Assembly (NCBI GenBank): GCA_051117555.1
Contig: JBNPEG010000013.1
Coordinates: 22,454-86,453 of the forward strand
Length of the DNA stretch: 64,000 nt
Source of the DNA: Elainellaceae cyanobacterium
Lineage (GTDB): Bacteria > Cyanobacteriota > Cyanobacteriia > CAZCXK01
Direction: 5' to 3'
Positions 20,734 through 31,339 of the stretch are shown in pieces. Each line of letters opens with the position of its first letter. Positions within the stretch are counted from its first letter, which is position 1. A program made the position numbers and the translations under genes. A model generated the notes under the pieces. The model saw only the letters and a list, made by a program, of their open reading frames with translations, was not told the DNA's origin and did not search any database.

Positions 20734-21366
20734 TACACCTTTAGCCCATACGGGGATACGACATGTATAGATTTTGACCCTACCAATTGCTCCATAGCAG
20801 GCCAAGTTGATGCTTTTGATAACGAACATCTATACCTTAGTTTATCGCAAAGTTATAGGGTCTCGAAAGGTTATGACAAACAATTGAATGATTAAAATAA
20901 ACTCACGCGGATAGACTAAACCTAATCTACTAATTGAATCAGATCTATTTTCAGGGTATCAAAAAATACATTCTGGGTCAATTTTGTACTGATTAAGTGC
21001 AGTCTCGCCTACCTTAAAGCAATTCTGATAAGAGCTAACAATTCCTTGCTTCTAAGTTAAATAATTTTCTTATTAATTATTTTCGTTTTTTGAGACAAGT
21101 TTTTATTTCTTTGTGATATCTTTGCTAAAGCGACAGTAGAGACGCTTAAACAGTCTGGTCTGAGGCCGCCTAGATATGCTTATATGATTTGGGCGTTTTC
21201 GAATGATTAGCAAAGGCTAGATGCTGTAACTCTATTCGAGCAAATTTATTTCCCATTCTTACCGCTGCGGCTAGCAGCTATCAGTTTTCTCAGGTTCAAC
21301 CTCATTTCTGATAGTCAGTACCCTCAATCTCTGTACCTATTTAATCTCCTTGGTAAGGAATTTGAG

Positions 21367-21648
21367 ATGAACGTCGTAACTCTACTTGGACTAACCGCAG
21401 GAACTTTAACAACTCTTGCCTATTTGCCTCAGCTTTTCAAAACCTGGAAGTCAAAATCGGCAGATGATATTTCCTGGATAATGTTAATTACGCTATGCAT
21501 TGGCATTGGCATTGTCTTATGGCTGGTGTATGGAACCTATGTTCACGATGTGCCTGTCATTGCTGCCAATTTAACGACTCTCTTCTTTACTTCTCTAATT
21601 CTCACTCTAAAAATCCGATACAGGCGATATCGGGCTGTGGTCAAGTAA
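21367..21648 (+). CDS. SemiSWEET (PQ-loop) sugar transporter family protein
   Basis: 93 aa with 3 TM. TLAYLPQLFKTWKSKSADDIS, LWLVYG and KIRY blocks align closely with bacterial SemiSWEETs. Confidence 0.8.
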   Translation: MNVVTLLGLTAGTLTTLAYLPQLFKTWKSKSADDISWIMLITLCIGIGIVLWLVYGTYVHDVPVIAANLTTLFFTSLILTLKIRYRRYRAVVK

Positions 21649-22019
21649 ATTAATTGACCGTTCTTTGGGCACGATTGCGATCGCGAATGGATTAACTCCG
21701 AGACTTCTACAGCGCTCTATATAAGGGGATGCCTAGTACTGTTTGGCAAAAATAAGCCAACCATTTAGGTATGGGCATCTTGCCCGCGACGTGAGCGAGA
21801 CGCTCACACTACGGTTACTACGGTTATGAAACTTCTGCCATCTTGTACTAGGGCGGTTCATGCGTCGTTTTTGAGAGCAGCAGAGCATGCCGGGGGGTGC
21901 TCGCCAGTGGTTGGGTCTTGACGCAAACGCATACCCCTATAGATAAGGATATATCCCTGATAGGCAAGGCCGTTATTCTCAATTTCAAATCATGGGCACA
22001 CTGGACTAGTGCTGTATAG

Positions 22020-23162
22020 GTGTTTCAATTGATACAGGAAAGAGCATTCTGGCTAGGGTGGGCATGTCTTCCAGGAATCGGGCCAATTCTTATTCGACGG
22101 CTGCATCAGCACTTTGGCCTTCTCTCTGTGGCTTGGGCTGCCGATATTCCCGCGTTAGTAGAAGTAGAAGGAATTGGCTTTCAGACGGCGGAAGCGATCG
22201 CTCAAGAACGGTCAAAACTAGACCCAGAACAGCTTTTATCTCACCAGCTCCAAGACAATCCCCACTTTTTAACTCCAGCCGATTTCGATTATCCTCAACT
22301 GCTGCTCGAAATTCCAGATCCGCCTCCCGTTTTGTATTATCACGGGCAGATCGATTCAGCAGAAACTCAGGGAAACATTCAGGCGATCGCCCTCGTGGGA
22401 ACTCGTAATCCTACTGAGTACGGAAAACGGTGGACTCGCATCATTAGCAGAGCATTAGCCCAGACAGGGTTCACTGTCGTGTCAGGGTTAGCCGAGGGCA
22501 TCGACACGGTTGCCCATCAGTGTTGTTTAGAAGTCGGTGGACGAACCATCGCCATTTTGGGCACTGGTGTAGATGTCGTATATCCAGCATCGAATCGAAA
22601 GCTAGCTCAGGCGATTGGCAACCAAGGACTACTCTTGAGTGAATATCCGGCGAAGACGCAACCCGATCGGGCCAACTTCCCGCGTCGAAACCGCATCATT
22701 GCTGGGCTATGCCGCGCTACGTTAGTGCTAGAAGCACCTACAAAGTCAGGAGCGCTGATCACGGCCCAGCTTGCCAACGACTATGGACGAGATGTCTATG
22801 CGTTGCCTGGATCGCTTGATCAACGGAATTCGTTGGGCTGTCTCCATCTCATCGAAAAGGGCGCTCAATTGATTTTAGGAGAAAATCACTTACTAGACGC
22901 TTTAGGAACGTTGCCGCAGTTTCAAAAACGATTTGATGCGCCTTCTACTCCTAATCAATTGTCCTTGCTCAATCCATCCCCAATGCCACTAGAACCGGAT
23001 TTAGATTGCGTTTTGAGAGCAGTTGGTTTAGAGCCATCAGCCTTTGATTTGATCGTTCACGATTCTGGCTTGCCAACGTCCTCGGTGTCGAGTGCCCTCT
23101 TTCAATTAGAACTCATGGGATTGGTAAATCATCTTCCCGGAATGCTGTATCAGCGTTGCTAA
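22020..23162 (+). CDS. dprA: DNA processing protein DprA (Smf)
   Basis: 380 aa with GTG start. GTRNPTEYGKRWT, VVSGLAEGIDTVAHQ and ALPG blocks of the DprA Rossmann domain. Confidence 0.85.
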   Translation: MFQLIQERAFWLGWACLPGIGPILIRRLHQHFGLLSVAWAADIPALVEVEGIGFQTAEAIAQERSKLDPEQLLSHQLQDNPHFLTPADFDYPQLLLEIPDPPPVLYYHGQIDSAETQGNIQAIALVGTRNPTEYGKRWTRIISRALAQTGFTVVSGLAEGIDTVAHQCCLEVGGRTIAILGTGVDVVYPASNRKLAQAIGNQGLLLSEYPAKTQPDRANFPRRNRIIAGLCRATLVLEAPTKSGALITAQLANDYGRDVYALPGSLDQRNSLGCLHLIEKGAQLILGENHLLDALGTLPQFQKRFDAPSTPNQLSLLNPSPMPLEPDLDCVLRAVGLEPSAFDLIVHDSGLPTSSVSSALFQLELMGLVNHLPGMLYQRC

Positions 23163-24388
23163 GGTGATTCAGACGGGTGGCTCCGATGGAGAACAATCAT
23201 TGTCGAACCAATTACCGGACTGCGAGCAAGCAAATGGCCTTGAGGATCTAGAAGGTCTAGTGCTTTAAACTCTAAGTCGCTGGCTCTATTCAACATTTCA
23301 TTAGCAAGTTGGTCTTGGCGGGAATCAGGCAGCTCGTACCAGTTGTCACTGATATTGACTGTCAACCGGCTGCTGCGAAAGTTGGCCTGCACCGATTGAA
23401 TGAGCCCCTCTGCATATTGGCTAGTAATGTCTGCAACTTCATCCTGAATGGCTGCAATTAAGCTTTGTTCGGGAGTCAATTCTAAGGGAGGAGACGTCTC
23501 AGCCGCTCTCGTTTCAGATTGCTCACCTACCCGGTCTGACGGCGGCATCGAGGCGTCAGGCGTTTCTACTGCGATCGTTTTATCTGCTGTGCTCGGTTCT
23601 TGAATTGGAGAGGGTTGAACTCGTTCGGGAGCTTGAGCAGACGAAGAACCCGGCATTCCTCCGATCAACACGACGAGCAAGATAATAAGGGTGCTGGTCA
23701 CAATCGGAGGAGAGAAAACCGTTCGCCACGACTCAGGGAGGCGATCGCGCACCTGATTGAGCCGCCTAGACCACCAAATCCAGGCTTGCTGAAGTTTCGC
23801 CACACTTTGGTCGAGAACAGCCCACGTTTGAGATTGAGGGGTATCGTGAGAGCCAATTGCTGATGCCTCTGGGGCGGGAGACTCTAGGCGATGCGCTGCC
23901 CATTCGGAGGCTTCTGCTAATACGTTTAAAGTTCGAACACTTTGAGTTCTAAGAATCGGCAGAACTCGATGCCAAACATTTTGAGCGGTATTTAACGGAT
24001 TGCCCGCTTTTGCCTCAGGCGAGCGCGTCTTGGGTGACGCTGTTTGAGACCTATCGCTCTCAGTTTTGGCAGCGATCGCCTGCTCGTCTGAGGCATTGGC
24101 AGCATCGACAGCCGCGCCATTGCGAGGTTGGGAATTTGACGCGGCAGACTCGACCAATGGCGAGGGCGTCTCAATGCGCGCAATGCTCCATTGGATTGCA
24201 CGAGACAATCCATGAAATGCCCTGATGCTTTGAGTGCGGAGGATTGGCTGTGCAGTTTTCCAAATGCCCCGCAGACGATCGGGTAGAGCGATCGCTGGCC
24301 GAGAACGATGGGGCGATCGCTGACTATTCGATTCCGAAGTCGCCTGATTGCTATTCGATTCCGAAGCCTTAGACGAGTCGTTCGACAT
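23159..24388 (-). CDS. Hypothetical membrane protein with duplicated ~35-aa N-terminal motif
   Basis: 409 aa. Internal repeat (...PILRTQSIRAFHGLSRAIQWSIARIETPSP / ...PILRTQSVRTLNVLAEASEWAAHRLESPAP). One TM. 4-nt convergent overlap with dprA. Confidence 0.5.
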   Translation of the reverse strand: MSNDSSKASESNSNQATSESNSQRSPHRSRPAIALPDRLRGIWKTAQPILRTQSIRAFHGLSRAIQWSIARIETPSPLVESAASNSQPRNGAAVDAANASDEQAIAAKTESDRSQTASPKTRSPEAKAGNPLNTAQNVWHRVLPILRTQSVRTLNVLAEASEWAAHRLESPAPEASAIGSHDTPQSQTWAVLDQSVAKLQQAWIWWSRRLNQVRDRLPESWRTVFSPPIVTSTLIILLVVLIGGMPGSSSAQAPERVQPSPIQEPSTADKTIAVETPDASMPPSDRVGEQSETRAAETSPPLELTPEQSLIAAIQDEVADITSQYAEGLIQSVQANFRSSRLTVNISDNWYELPDSRQDQLANEMLNRASDLEFKALDLLDPQGHLLARSPVIGSTMIVLHRSHPSESP

Positions 24389-24519
24389 GATACCCTCTCC
24401 TTGGATAGTCCTGATTTATGCACTCCGTGGATCTGTTTCAAATCAGCCGGACTATCTTTGCAATCCCTTTATGGACAATCTATCACTTTGAGAGAAAAGA
24501 CCACGGAAACGGCCTTGGA

Positions 24520-25470
24520 TTACGACCCCAACGAGCGAGTCACCTCATCCAATTGAGCCCTATCATCCGCATCTAATTCCCAGCCTAAGGCAGCCGAATT
24601 CTGCCGGGCTTGCTTGGCATTCTTGGCTCCTGGAATGGGAATCACATTGCCTTGAGAAATCAGCCAGTTTAGCGAAATTTGAGCCGGTGTACGCTGATAT
24701 TTTTCGCCCAGGGTTTGCAAGTGCTGGATGATCGGAGAGAGCTTTTCTAGCCCGCTCTTGCTAAATCGAGGATCGAGCCAGCGAGCTCCGGTAGGTTTTT
24801 GATAGGTTTCTAGCGTATATTTTCCGGTCAGTAGCCCTTGCGCCAATGGACTATAGGCCAAAATCGTGATACCCAAACGCTGCGCTGTTTCTAACACGCC
24901 ATTTTGCTCGATTTTTCGCGACAAGAGTGAATATTCGACTTGATTGACCGCCAGCGGAATACCCTGATCAGCCAATAGGCGATGGGCGGTTTGCATTTGC
25001 TCTGCTGAATAATTGCTGACACCGACCGCCTGAATTCTGCCTCGTTTTACTTCATGGGCAAGAGTGCTCATGAGGGTGCCTTGTCCCATGAAAAAATCAA
25101 ATGGCCAATGAACTTGGTAAAGCGGAATACTGGAGACTCGGAGGCGTTCTAAGCTTGCGGTGAGCGCATCAATAATGGCATCTGCATTAAATCGCCAGGG
25201 AAGAGGAAGGTATTTAGTCGCGACCAAAACGGGTTGGTCAGTCTGATGCATGAATTGTCCGATTAATGTCTCAGACTCGCCAAATCCATAAATCTCTGCC
25301 GTGTCAAAGAAGTTTACGCCTGATTCTAGGGCCGCCTTAAACGCATCATAGAGCTCTGGTTCGCCATAGTCTTTTCCGTAGCTCCAAAACAGGCGATCGC
25401 CCCATGACCATGTTCCAATTCCTAACGCCGGGACAGTCGGACCCTCAGGCCCTAGTGTGAGTGTCTGCAC
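24520..25470 (-). CDS. Aldo/keto reductase family oxidoreductase
   Basis: 316 aa. LGIGTWSWGD N-terminal AKR signature. Confidence 0.85.
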   Translation of the reverse strand: MQTLTLGPEGPTVPALGIGTWSWGDRLFWSYGKDYGEPELYDAFKAALESGVNFFDTAEIYGFGESETLIGQFMHQTDQPVLVATKYLPLPWRFNADAIIDALTASLERLRVSSIPLYQVHWPFDFFMGQGTLMSTLAHEVKRGRIQAVGVSNYSAEQMQTAHRLLADQGIPLAVNQVEYSLLSRKIEQNGVLETAQRLGITILAYSPLAQGLLTGKYTLETYQKPTGARWLDPRFSKSGLEKLSPIIQHLQTLGEKYQRTPAQISLNWLISQGNVIPIPGAKNAKQARQNSAALGWELDADDRAQLDEVTRSLGS

Positions 25471-25567
25471 GATTCACATTCCTTTACAGTCTTCCTTTTT
25501 GATTATGAGAAGTTTTGCATCAGAATGCAGAAATCTTAGGGTGAAAACCTTAAGCGAAAAGGTATCG

Positions 25568-26443
25568 CTAAGCCGACACTGGAGTCAACGGCACCTTAGA
25601 TTTAATCCGCCCATTAATCAATTCATGCTCGACAACGAACACATTCGAGTGAAGATTTGCGATAATTTGCTTGCCTTCTTGAGTCAGAGATAAGTAGCCA
25701 ATCGCGTCTTGAATGTAGGGATACACGACATTCCAATAAAATTGAGGATAATTGCGACGCAAATCCCCCGGATCGTGATACCCAACCCGCTGGTTGAAGC
25801 CCGTTTCTTCAAATTCATAGAACAATGCGCTGACCTTGTTGAGATAGCGAGGGTCGCTAAGTTGCCCAATGAGGTCAGCCGCTCGAACCAGTCCTGGATA
25901 GTGGGTTGTATCTTGATGATCGCTATCATCAGGAACGGGAAAGCGGGTAAGTTCAATGTTTCTCTGGATGATCTCCGACTTTAGAAGTTCATTGCCTCTA
26001 AATCGTTCCTCAACAAACAACTTCCCCCGATCGACATGATACGGAGTCAAACTTGCATCCGTTGCGCCAGGAGATAATTCCTTCATCTCATTGGCAATTC
26101 CAGTCGCATAAAGCCCTTCTTGGTCACTCCGGCATACCCCTTTTACATAGCCGATGTCATGACACAACAGAGACACCATGAAGTGGAGCCAGTCTTCGCA
26201 GGTGACTCCACCCTCACGAATATGCTTCCCTCGAAGGATTTCTTGCCCAACTAACGTCACCAGAATCGTATGTTCAACATCATGATAGAGCGCATCACTG
26301 TTGGCAATATTTTCGAGTGCCATCCGACCTGACCACCCAATAATGTTGGCGTAGGCAGACTTTAGCCCTCCATAATTTTGCTCGTAACCATCTTGAAGTT
26401 CTTGAACGAAAGATTTGATTAAAGTTTGAGTTGGGTTAAACAT
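25568..26443 (-). CDS. HD-domain metal-dependent phosphohydrolase family protein
   Basis: HDVEHT ... LLCHDIGY, the H...HD motif. ORF extends to 26485, but start is probably MFNPTQ. Confidence 0.65.
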   Translation of the reverse strand: MFNPTQTLIKSFVQELQDGYEQNYGGLKSAYANIIGWSGRMALENIANSDALYHDVEHTILVTLVGQEILRGKHIREGGVTCEDWLHFMVSLLCHDIGYVKGVCRSDQEGLYATGIANEMKELSPGATDASLTPYHVDRGKLFVEERFRGNELLKSEIIQRNIELTRFPVPDDSDHQDTTHYPGLVRAADLIGQLSDPRYLNKVSALFYEFEETGFNQRVGYHDPGDLRRNYPQFYWNVVYPYIQDAIGYLSLTQEGKQIIANLHSNVFVVEHELINGRIKSKVPLTPVSA

Positions 26444-26714
26444 GGTGGTGCATTTCAAGGAGCGAGAGAGAACGAGCAAATCCACGTATTTAAACCTTAC
26501 CCATATCCAGATCTGTTGTTCTACGCAGGAAAAGACCTCGGTTTTGATCTAGATATGATTTAGCGGGCATCAATCATTAAGCCTGACTTTGAGTGATGGG
26601 AGTTTGACCAAAATGCGATCGCACGTGCATTAAATATTTCATATATTGCATTTGTATTGATTGTATGAATCTTTACGCCAAGTTGGGGTGACACTCGAAA
26701 GAGCAGCCCGTGAT

Positions 26715-27092
26715 CTAACGCACATCGCGCAAATCTCGACCAAACGGCAGAAGAGCGAGAACAATTAGCTTGACATGCTGCTTAGCAAACGGGATGCCGA
26801 TAATGGTGATCGCTAATATTACCGCTGCTACTACATGGGCGATCGCAATTTCCCAACCAAATAAAACTGCCCAAATAATATCGAAGATTAGCCTCAGTAA
26901 GCTGTCCGCATCTTTCTCGACAACGATTTCCTTTCCAAAAGGAGTAAAGGTCGCAAATCCAAGCTTAATTGCTTGTAATCCAAACGGAATGCCCACAATT
27001 GTTAAACAGGTGAGCAGTCCCCCCACAATGTAACCCAGTCCCGTAATTAAGCCGCCACAAATCAGCCAAATAATATTTCCTAACAGGCTCAC
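26715..27092 (-). CDS. YccF-family inner membrane protein (DUF307)
   Basis: 125 aa. Duplicated GIPFG/IGIPFA membrane repeats typical of YccF. Confidence 0.75.
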   Translation of the reverse strand: MSLLGNIIWLICGGLITGLGYIVGGLLTCLTIVGIPFGLQAIKLGFATFTPFGKEIVVEKDADSLLRLIFDIIWAVLFGWEIAIAHVVAAVILAITIIGIPFAKQHVKLIVLALLPFGRDLRDVR

Positions 27093-27280
27093 CAGAAGTT
27101 CTCCTAGACATTCTCTTAAACGATAGCCAACCAGGACTTGGGGAATTGAAATGTTATAAACTAACCTATCAGTCTTCGGTTAGTTAATGATGCAATGTAA
27201 GAGAGATTTCATAGTTTTTTCTTAGCTTGCCCCCTTCACGCAGGTAGCACTATTCGGCACGTCAATTCAGGGTAGACATT

Positions 27281-29152
27281 ATGGGTTTAATTGTTCAGAA
27301 ATATGGGGGGACGTCAGTCGGCTCAGTTGAGCGAATCCGAGCGGTTGCTCAGCGGGTATTCAACGCTGCTCAAGCAGGCCAGTCCATCGTAGTGGTTGTG
27401 TCTGCGATGGGTAAAACAACCGATCAACTCGTTAAATTAGCCAGCGAGATTTCTACAAATCCGAGTCATCGAGAAATGGACATGCTGCTCTCGACGGGAG
27501 AGCAAGTCTCGATCGCGCTCCTCAGTATGGCTCTCCAAGAATTGGGGCAACCTGCAATTTCAATGACCGGCGCTCAGGTTGGCATCGTTACAGAAGCGGC
27601 GCATACTCGGGCTCGAATTTTGCATATCCAAACTGAACGCGTCGAGCGTCATCTTAAAGACGGCAAAGTGGTTGTAGTCGCTGGGTTTCAGGGCATTACA
27701 GGCACCCACGATTTGGAAATCACGACGTTGGGACGAGGCGGTTCAGATACGTCAGCCGTTGCGCTTACCGCAGCATTAGGCGGAGAAGCTTGCGAAATCT
27801 ATACCGATGTTCCAGGAATTTTGACTACCGATCCGAGACTAGTGCCCGAGGCTCAGTTGATGCCTGAAATTACTGCCGACGAAATGCTAGAGCTCGCCAG
27901 CCTAGGTGCAAAAGTGCTTCATCCACGAGCCGTTGAGATTGCACGCAACTATGGGGTAACGCTAGTTGTTCGGTCTAGCTGGACTGATGATCCAGGAACG
28001 CGAGTCGTTTCCCCTATTCCGCAACCCCGATCACTCGAGGGGCTCGAAATTGCTCAACCTGTGGATGGGGTTGAAGTAGATGAAAATCAGGCAAAAATTG
28101 CGTTGTTGCGAGTGCCCGATCGCCCGGGTGTAGCGGCTCGTTTGTTTGGTGAAATCGCCTCACAACGGGTTGATATTGATCTCATCATTCAATCAATTCA
28201 TGAGGGCAACACCAACGATATCGCGTTTACGGTCAGTCGATTATCGCTGAGTCGAGCCGAAGCGGTTGCTGAGGCGATCGCCCCCGCCCTCCGGCACGAT
28301 CCCGCAAATTCAAATGAAGCAGAAGTTCTCATCGAACGCAATACCGCAAAGGTCAGTATTGCGGGTGCTGGGATGATTGGTCGTCCGGGGGTAGCTGCTC
28401 AGATGTTCATAGCGCTTGCCGATGCCGGAGTTAATATTCAGATGATTTCAACCTCAGAGGTTAAGGTAAGCTGCGCGATTGATCTGGCAGATTGCGATCG
28501 CGCGGTCGCTGCACTATGCACCATGTTTGACATTAAATCCTCTCCGGTGCGGGCTGATTCCAGTGGTTCCTCGCACCGATCGTCGCTTTCATCGTCGCAG
28601 CCCTCCGCTCAATCACCGGCCTATCAATCTAGCTCTCACGCATCAACGATCGTCAGAGGCGCAGCGCTTGACCTCAAACAAGCTCGACTCGCCATTCGCT
28701 ACGTGCCCGATCGCCCTGGCATGGCAGCAGAGATTTTTCGCCCCCTCGCCGAGCGTCATATTAGCGTTGATACCATCATTCAGTCTCAGCGATGCCGACT
28801 GATTGACGGCACCCCAACCCGTGATATCGCGTTTACAGTTGCTCAGGCGGATGCAGATACTGCCTATGAAATCTTGGATGCCCTTGCTCCTGAATTGGGG
28901 TGTCGTGAAATCGCCATAGACCGGGCGATCGCCAAGGTTAGCGTGGTGGGTGTGGGTATGATCGGAAGCCCCGGCGTAGCTGCTCGGATGTTTAACGCGC
29001 TTGCTGACGAGTCGATTAACATTCAGATGATTACAACGTCTGAAATCAAGATCAGCTGCGTCGTTGCCGAATCCGATGGAATACAAGCCCTTCAAGCCGT
29101 TCATGCGGCATTTAATCTATCGGGTTCCCAGACCCTTCAGGTTCCTGCTTAA
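27281..29152 (+). CDS. lysC: Aspartate kinase with duplicated regulatory (four ACT) domains
   Basis: 623 aa. KYGGTSVG N-terminus and catalytic domain, then two tandem ACT-pair modules separated by a Ser-rich linker. This is the cyanobacterial long form. Confidence 0.9.
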   Translation: MGLIVQKYGGTSVGSVERIRAVAQRVFNAAQAGQSIVVVVSAMGKTTDQLVKLASEISTNPSHREMDMLLSTGEQVSIALLSMALQELGQPAISMTGAQVGIVTEAAHTRARILHIQTERVERHLKDGKVVVVAGFQGITGTHDLEITTLGRGGSDTSAVALTAALGGEACEIYTDVPGILTTDPRLVPEAQLMPEITADEMLELASLGAKVLHPRAVEIARNYGVTLVVRSSWTDDPGTRVVSPIPQPRSLEGLEIAQPVDGVEVDENQAKIALLRVPDRPGVAARLFGEIASQRVDIDLIIQSIHEGNTNDIAFTVSRLSLSRAEAVAEAIAPALRHDPANSNEAEVLIERNTAKVSIAGAGMIGRPGVAAQMFIALADAGVNIQMISTSEVKVSCAIDLADCDRAVAALCTMFDIKSSPVRADSSGSSHRSSLSSSQPSAQSPAYQSSSHASTIVRGAALDLKQARLAIRYVPDRPGMAAEIFRPLAERHISVDTIIQSQRCRLIDGTPTRDIAFTVAQADADTAYEILDALAPELGCREIAIDRAIAKVSVVGVGMIGSPGVAARMFNALADESINIQMITTSEIKISCVVAESDGIQALQAVHAAFNLSGSQTLQVPA

Positions 29153-29184
29153 ATGCGTACGACATGATTTATAGCATCTAAGAC

Positions 29185-29793
29185 TTAGTTGTCTGGTGAG
29201 GATAAATCTCCATTAGGTTCTTCAGGCAACTGATTGAGATTCTCTGGCAGAGAATTTTGATCAAATTCGAAGGGCTCGACAGATCCGGGCTCATTCAATG
29301 AATCGTCTGGGCTACCAAATGGATCAGCCGGTAGCGGCTGTTCTAGATCAAAATTAAACTCCGGACTCTCAAGTTGATTTTCGTTACTCGATTCTGGCAA
29401 GGTTGCCAATGCGACGCGATCGCCCCCAACCGAGCGCAGCAAGTCTAGTACCTCGACTACATCTGCATAGCGAGCCGATCGAGAGGCATATAGAACGACT
29501 AGTCCGTCTGGGCTGTTTAGACGATAATCGAGCAGCAATTGAGTCAGCTGGTTCCGAGCAATCGGCTCTTGTTCGACATAGATCTGCCCAACCGGATCAA
29601 CGCTGACCACAAGCATTTCGCGCATTTGAGTGGTGCCCGTGGTCGCAGTGGGCAAATCGACATTGATTCCCATTTGCCGAGTCAATCCGACTGCCGCCAG
29701 AATAAAAAAAGTCAAGATGCAGAAGATGACATCAATCAGCGGAATGATTTCAATCCGCACCTCTTCACTGGGCGCATCTAAATTAATTTTCAT
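29185..29793 (-). CDS. exbD: Biopolymer transport protein ExbD/TolR with acidic C-terminal extension
   Basis: IPLIDVIFCILTFFI TM anchor typical of ExbD. Confidence 0.8.
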   Translation of the reverse strand: MKINLDAPSEEVRIEIIPLIDVIFCILTFFILAAVGLTRQMGINVDLPTATTGTTQMREMLVVSVDPVGQIYVEQEPIARNQLTQLLLDYRLNSPDGLVVLYASRSARYADVVEVLDLLRSVGGDRVALATLPESSNENQLESPEFNFDLEQPLPADPFGSPDDSLNEPGSVEPFEFDQNSLPENLNQLPEEPNGDLSSPDN

Positions 29794-29955
29794 AACATCC
29801 TGATGTTTCGATACTGCTAATTGCTACCAGAAATAGATGGGCTCGATTTTTTTTCTCGATTTTTTTCTCGATTTTAGATTCTTCAATGCCCAAACGCCTT
29901 AAATCTTGAATAGCCTACATTGCTCAGCCAAAAGATTGCTCAGCCAAAAGATTGC

Positions 29956-30609
29956 CTAAGTGTTGGATGGTTCTTTGCTCCGACTCCGGCTAGACCAATT
30001 TTTGCGATATAAGAGCTCTAACTCATTTCCAGACTGTCTAAATAACTTAACCTGACCTGATACGAGTCCTTGAAACAAGCGATAAAACACCAAAGTGACA
30101 ATCGCAACGATGAGACCTGCCGCAGTGCTGATCAACGCCTCTGCAATTCCTAATGTTACGCCTGCTGTCGACGACGTTCCTAAATCACCCAATCGAATAG
30201 AGCCCAGAGAGTTAATCAGTCCCAAAACCGTCCCCAATAGACCTAGGAGAGGAGATAGCGCAATAACTGCTTCTAAGATCTTGTCACCGCGCCGCATTGT
30301 TGCTAATTCTTCATCGGCGGCAGTCTGTAAGGCGAGCTGGAAAATTTCAGGTTCGGGGTCGTCTAACTCTAGAGCCGAATATAGAAATCTCCCGATGGGC
30401 TGATCCCCGGATTTTCGCGCGATCTCGGTCGCTGCACTCCACTCTCGACGAGCTGCCTCCAAGATGCGCCCGACGATTTCACGCTCGCGAGTGAGAATCT
30501 TCGACCAAAACCAAACTCGTTCGATAATGGTGCTTAACGCCAAAACCGATAGGATGAGCAGGGGCACCATAGCGATGCCACCCCTAGTAAATAACTCAAT
30601 GATGTTCAC
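29956..30609 (-). CDS. exbB: MotA/TolQ/ExbB proton-channel protein
   Basis: 3 TM with ExbB C-terminal blocks ([17 protein letters not shown]). ORF extends to 30657, but an internal GTG/Met start is likely. Confidence 0.75.
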   Translation of the reverse strand: MNIIELFTRGGIAMVPLLILSVLALSTIIERVWFWSKILTREREIVGRILEAARREWSAATEIARKSGDQPIGRFLYSALELDDPEPEIFQLALQTAADEELATMRRGDKILEAVIALSPLLGLLGTVLGLINSLGSIRLGDLGTSSTAGVTLGIAEALISTAAGLIVAIVTLVFYRLFQGLVSGQVKLFRQSGNELELLYRKNWSSRSRSKEPSNT

Positions 30610-30929
30610 AGCGTGTCTTTTCCTCCGTACATGCTCGCAGCACTCCAAGCTACTCAATTCGTTAGGTCACATTCATGATTCAATCAACCATCTTATTGGA
30701 GAAGCTTGACATACTGCTCAATCTTTATAGCGGAATCTTTAATGTCCTTATTAGAGTTCTAGGCTTTATATGCGGCATCCGAAAACTAAACTCGTGAGGT
30801 TAAAATTTCTGAAGCTTCATCAAAATGAGGCTCGGTTCTACTGGGATGATAGACCATCACCATTCAAATGTTCATTCCCTGGGATTCAATCCATTCGCTA
30901 GAGTTGAGATGTAGACGGAGGACGCTCAT

Positions 30930-31238
30930 ATGCAACTATTTGGCTGGTATCGCCACCTCATTCGTAATCCTCGTTATCGGTGGTGGATGATTATAGGTAG
31001 CTTGATCTATCTGCTAAGCCCCCTCGATATTTCTCCTGATCTACTTCCAATCGTTGGTCAAGTTGATGATGTCGTGGTTATGACGTTGCTGTTTTCTGAG
31101 GTGTTCCGTCTGGTTCTAAACCGAGGACAGATTGTAGAGGGCGATCGCTCTAGTGAGCAAAATCCGAATCGCACCTCATATCAAAGTGCTGAAGACGACG
31201 TCAAAACGGTCGATGTGAAAGCGGTTTCAATGGACTAA
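30930..31238 (+). CDS. DUF1232 (YkvA-like) membrane protein
   Basis: LIYLLSPLDISPDLLPIVGQVDD motif. Confidence 0.7.
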   Translation: MQLFGWYRHLIRNPRYRWWMIIGSLIYLLSPLDISPDLLPIVGQVDDVVVMTLLFSEVFRLVLNRGQIVEGDRSSEQNPNRTSYQSAEDDVKTVDVKAVSMD

Positions 31239-31339
31239 ATCGTGTTTATGTATTCCCACTTCTAATCCGCGTCCGTAGTATTAGGGAAATGCCGCATTAG
31301 AATAAGAAGAATGTTCGATAAGAGTTTTGCAAGATTTTT

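Noticed and set aside
23992-24441. 149-aa ORF overlapping the 5' part of the 23159..24388 gene in another frame
   Set aside because: Arg-rich, shadow-like translation. The longer ORF in the main frame has a TM segment and repeat structure.
27093-27280. Lysine riboswitch (L-box) before lysC
   Set aside because: No L-box conserved helices or motifs were seen. Cyanobacterial lysC is not typically riboswitch-regulated.
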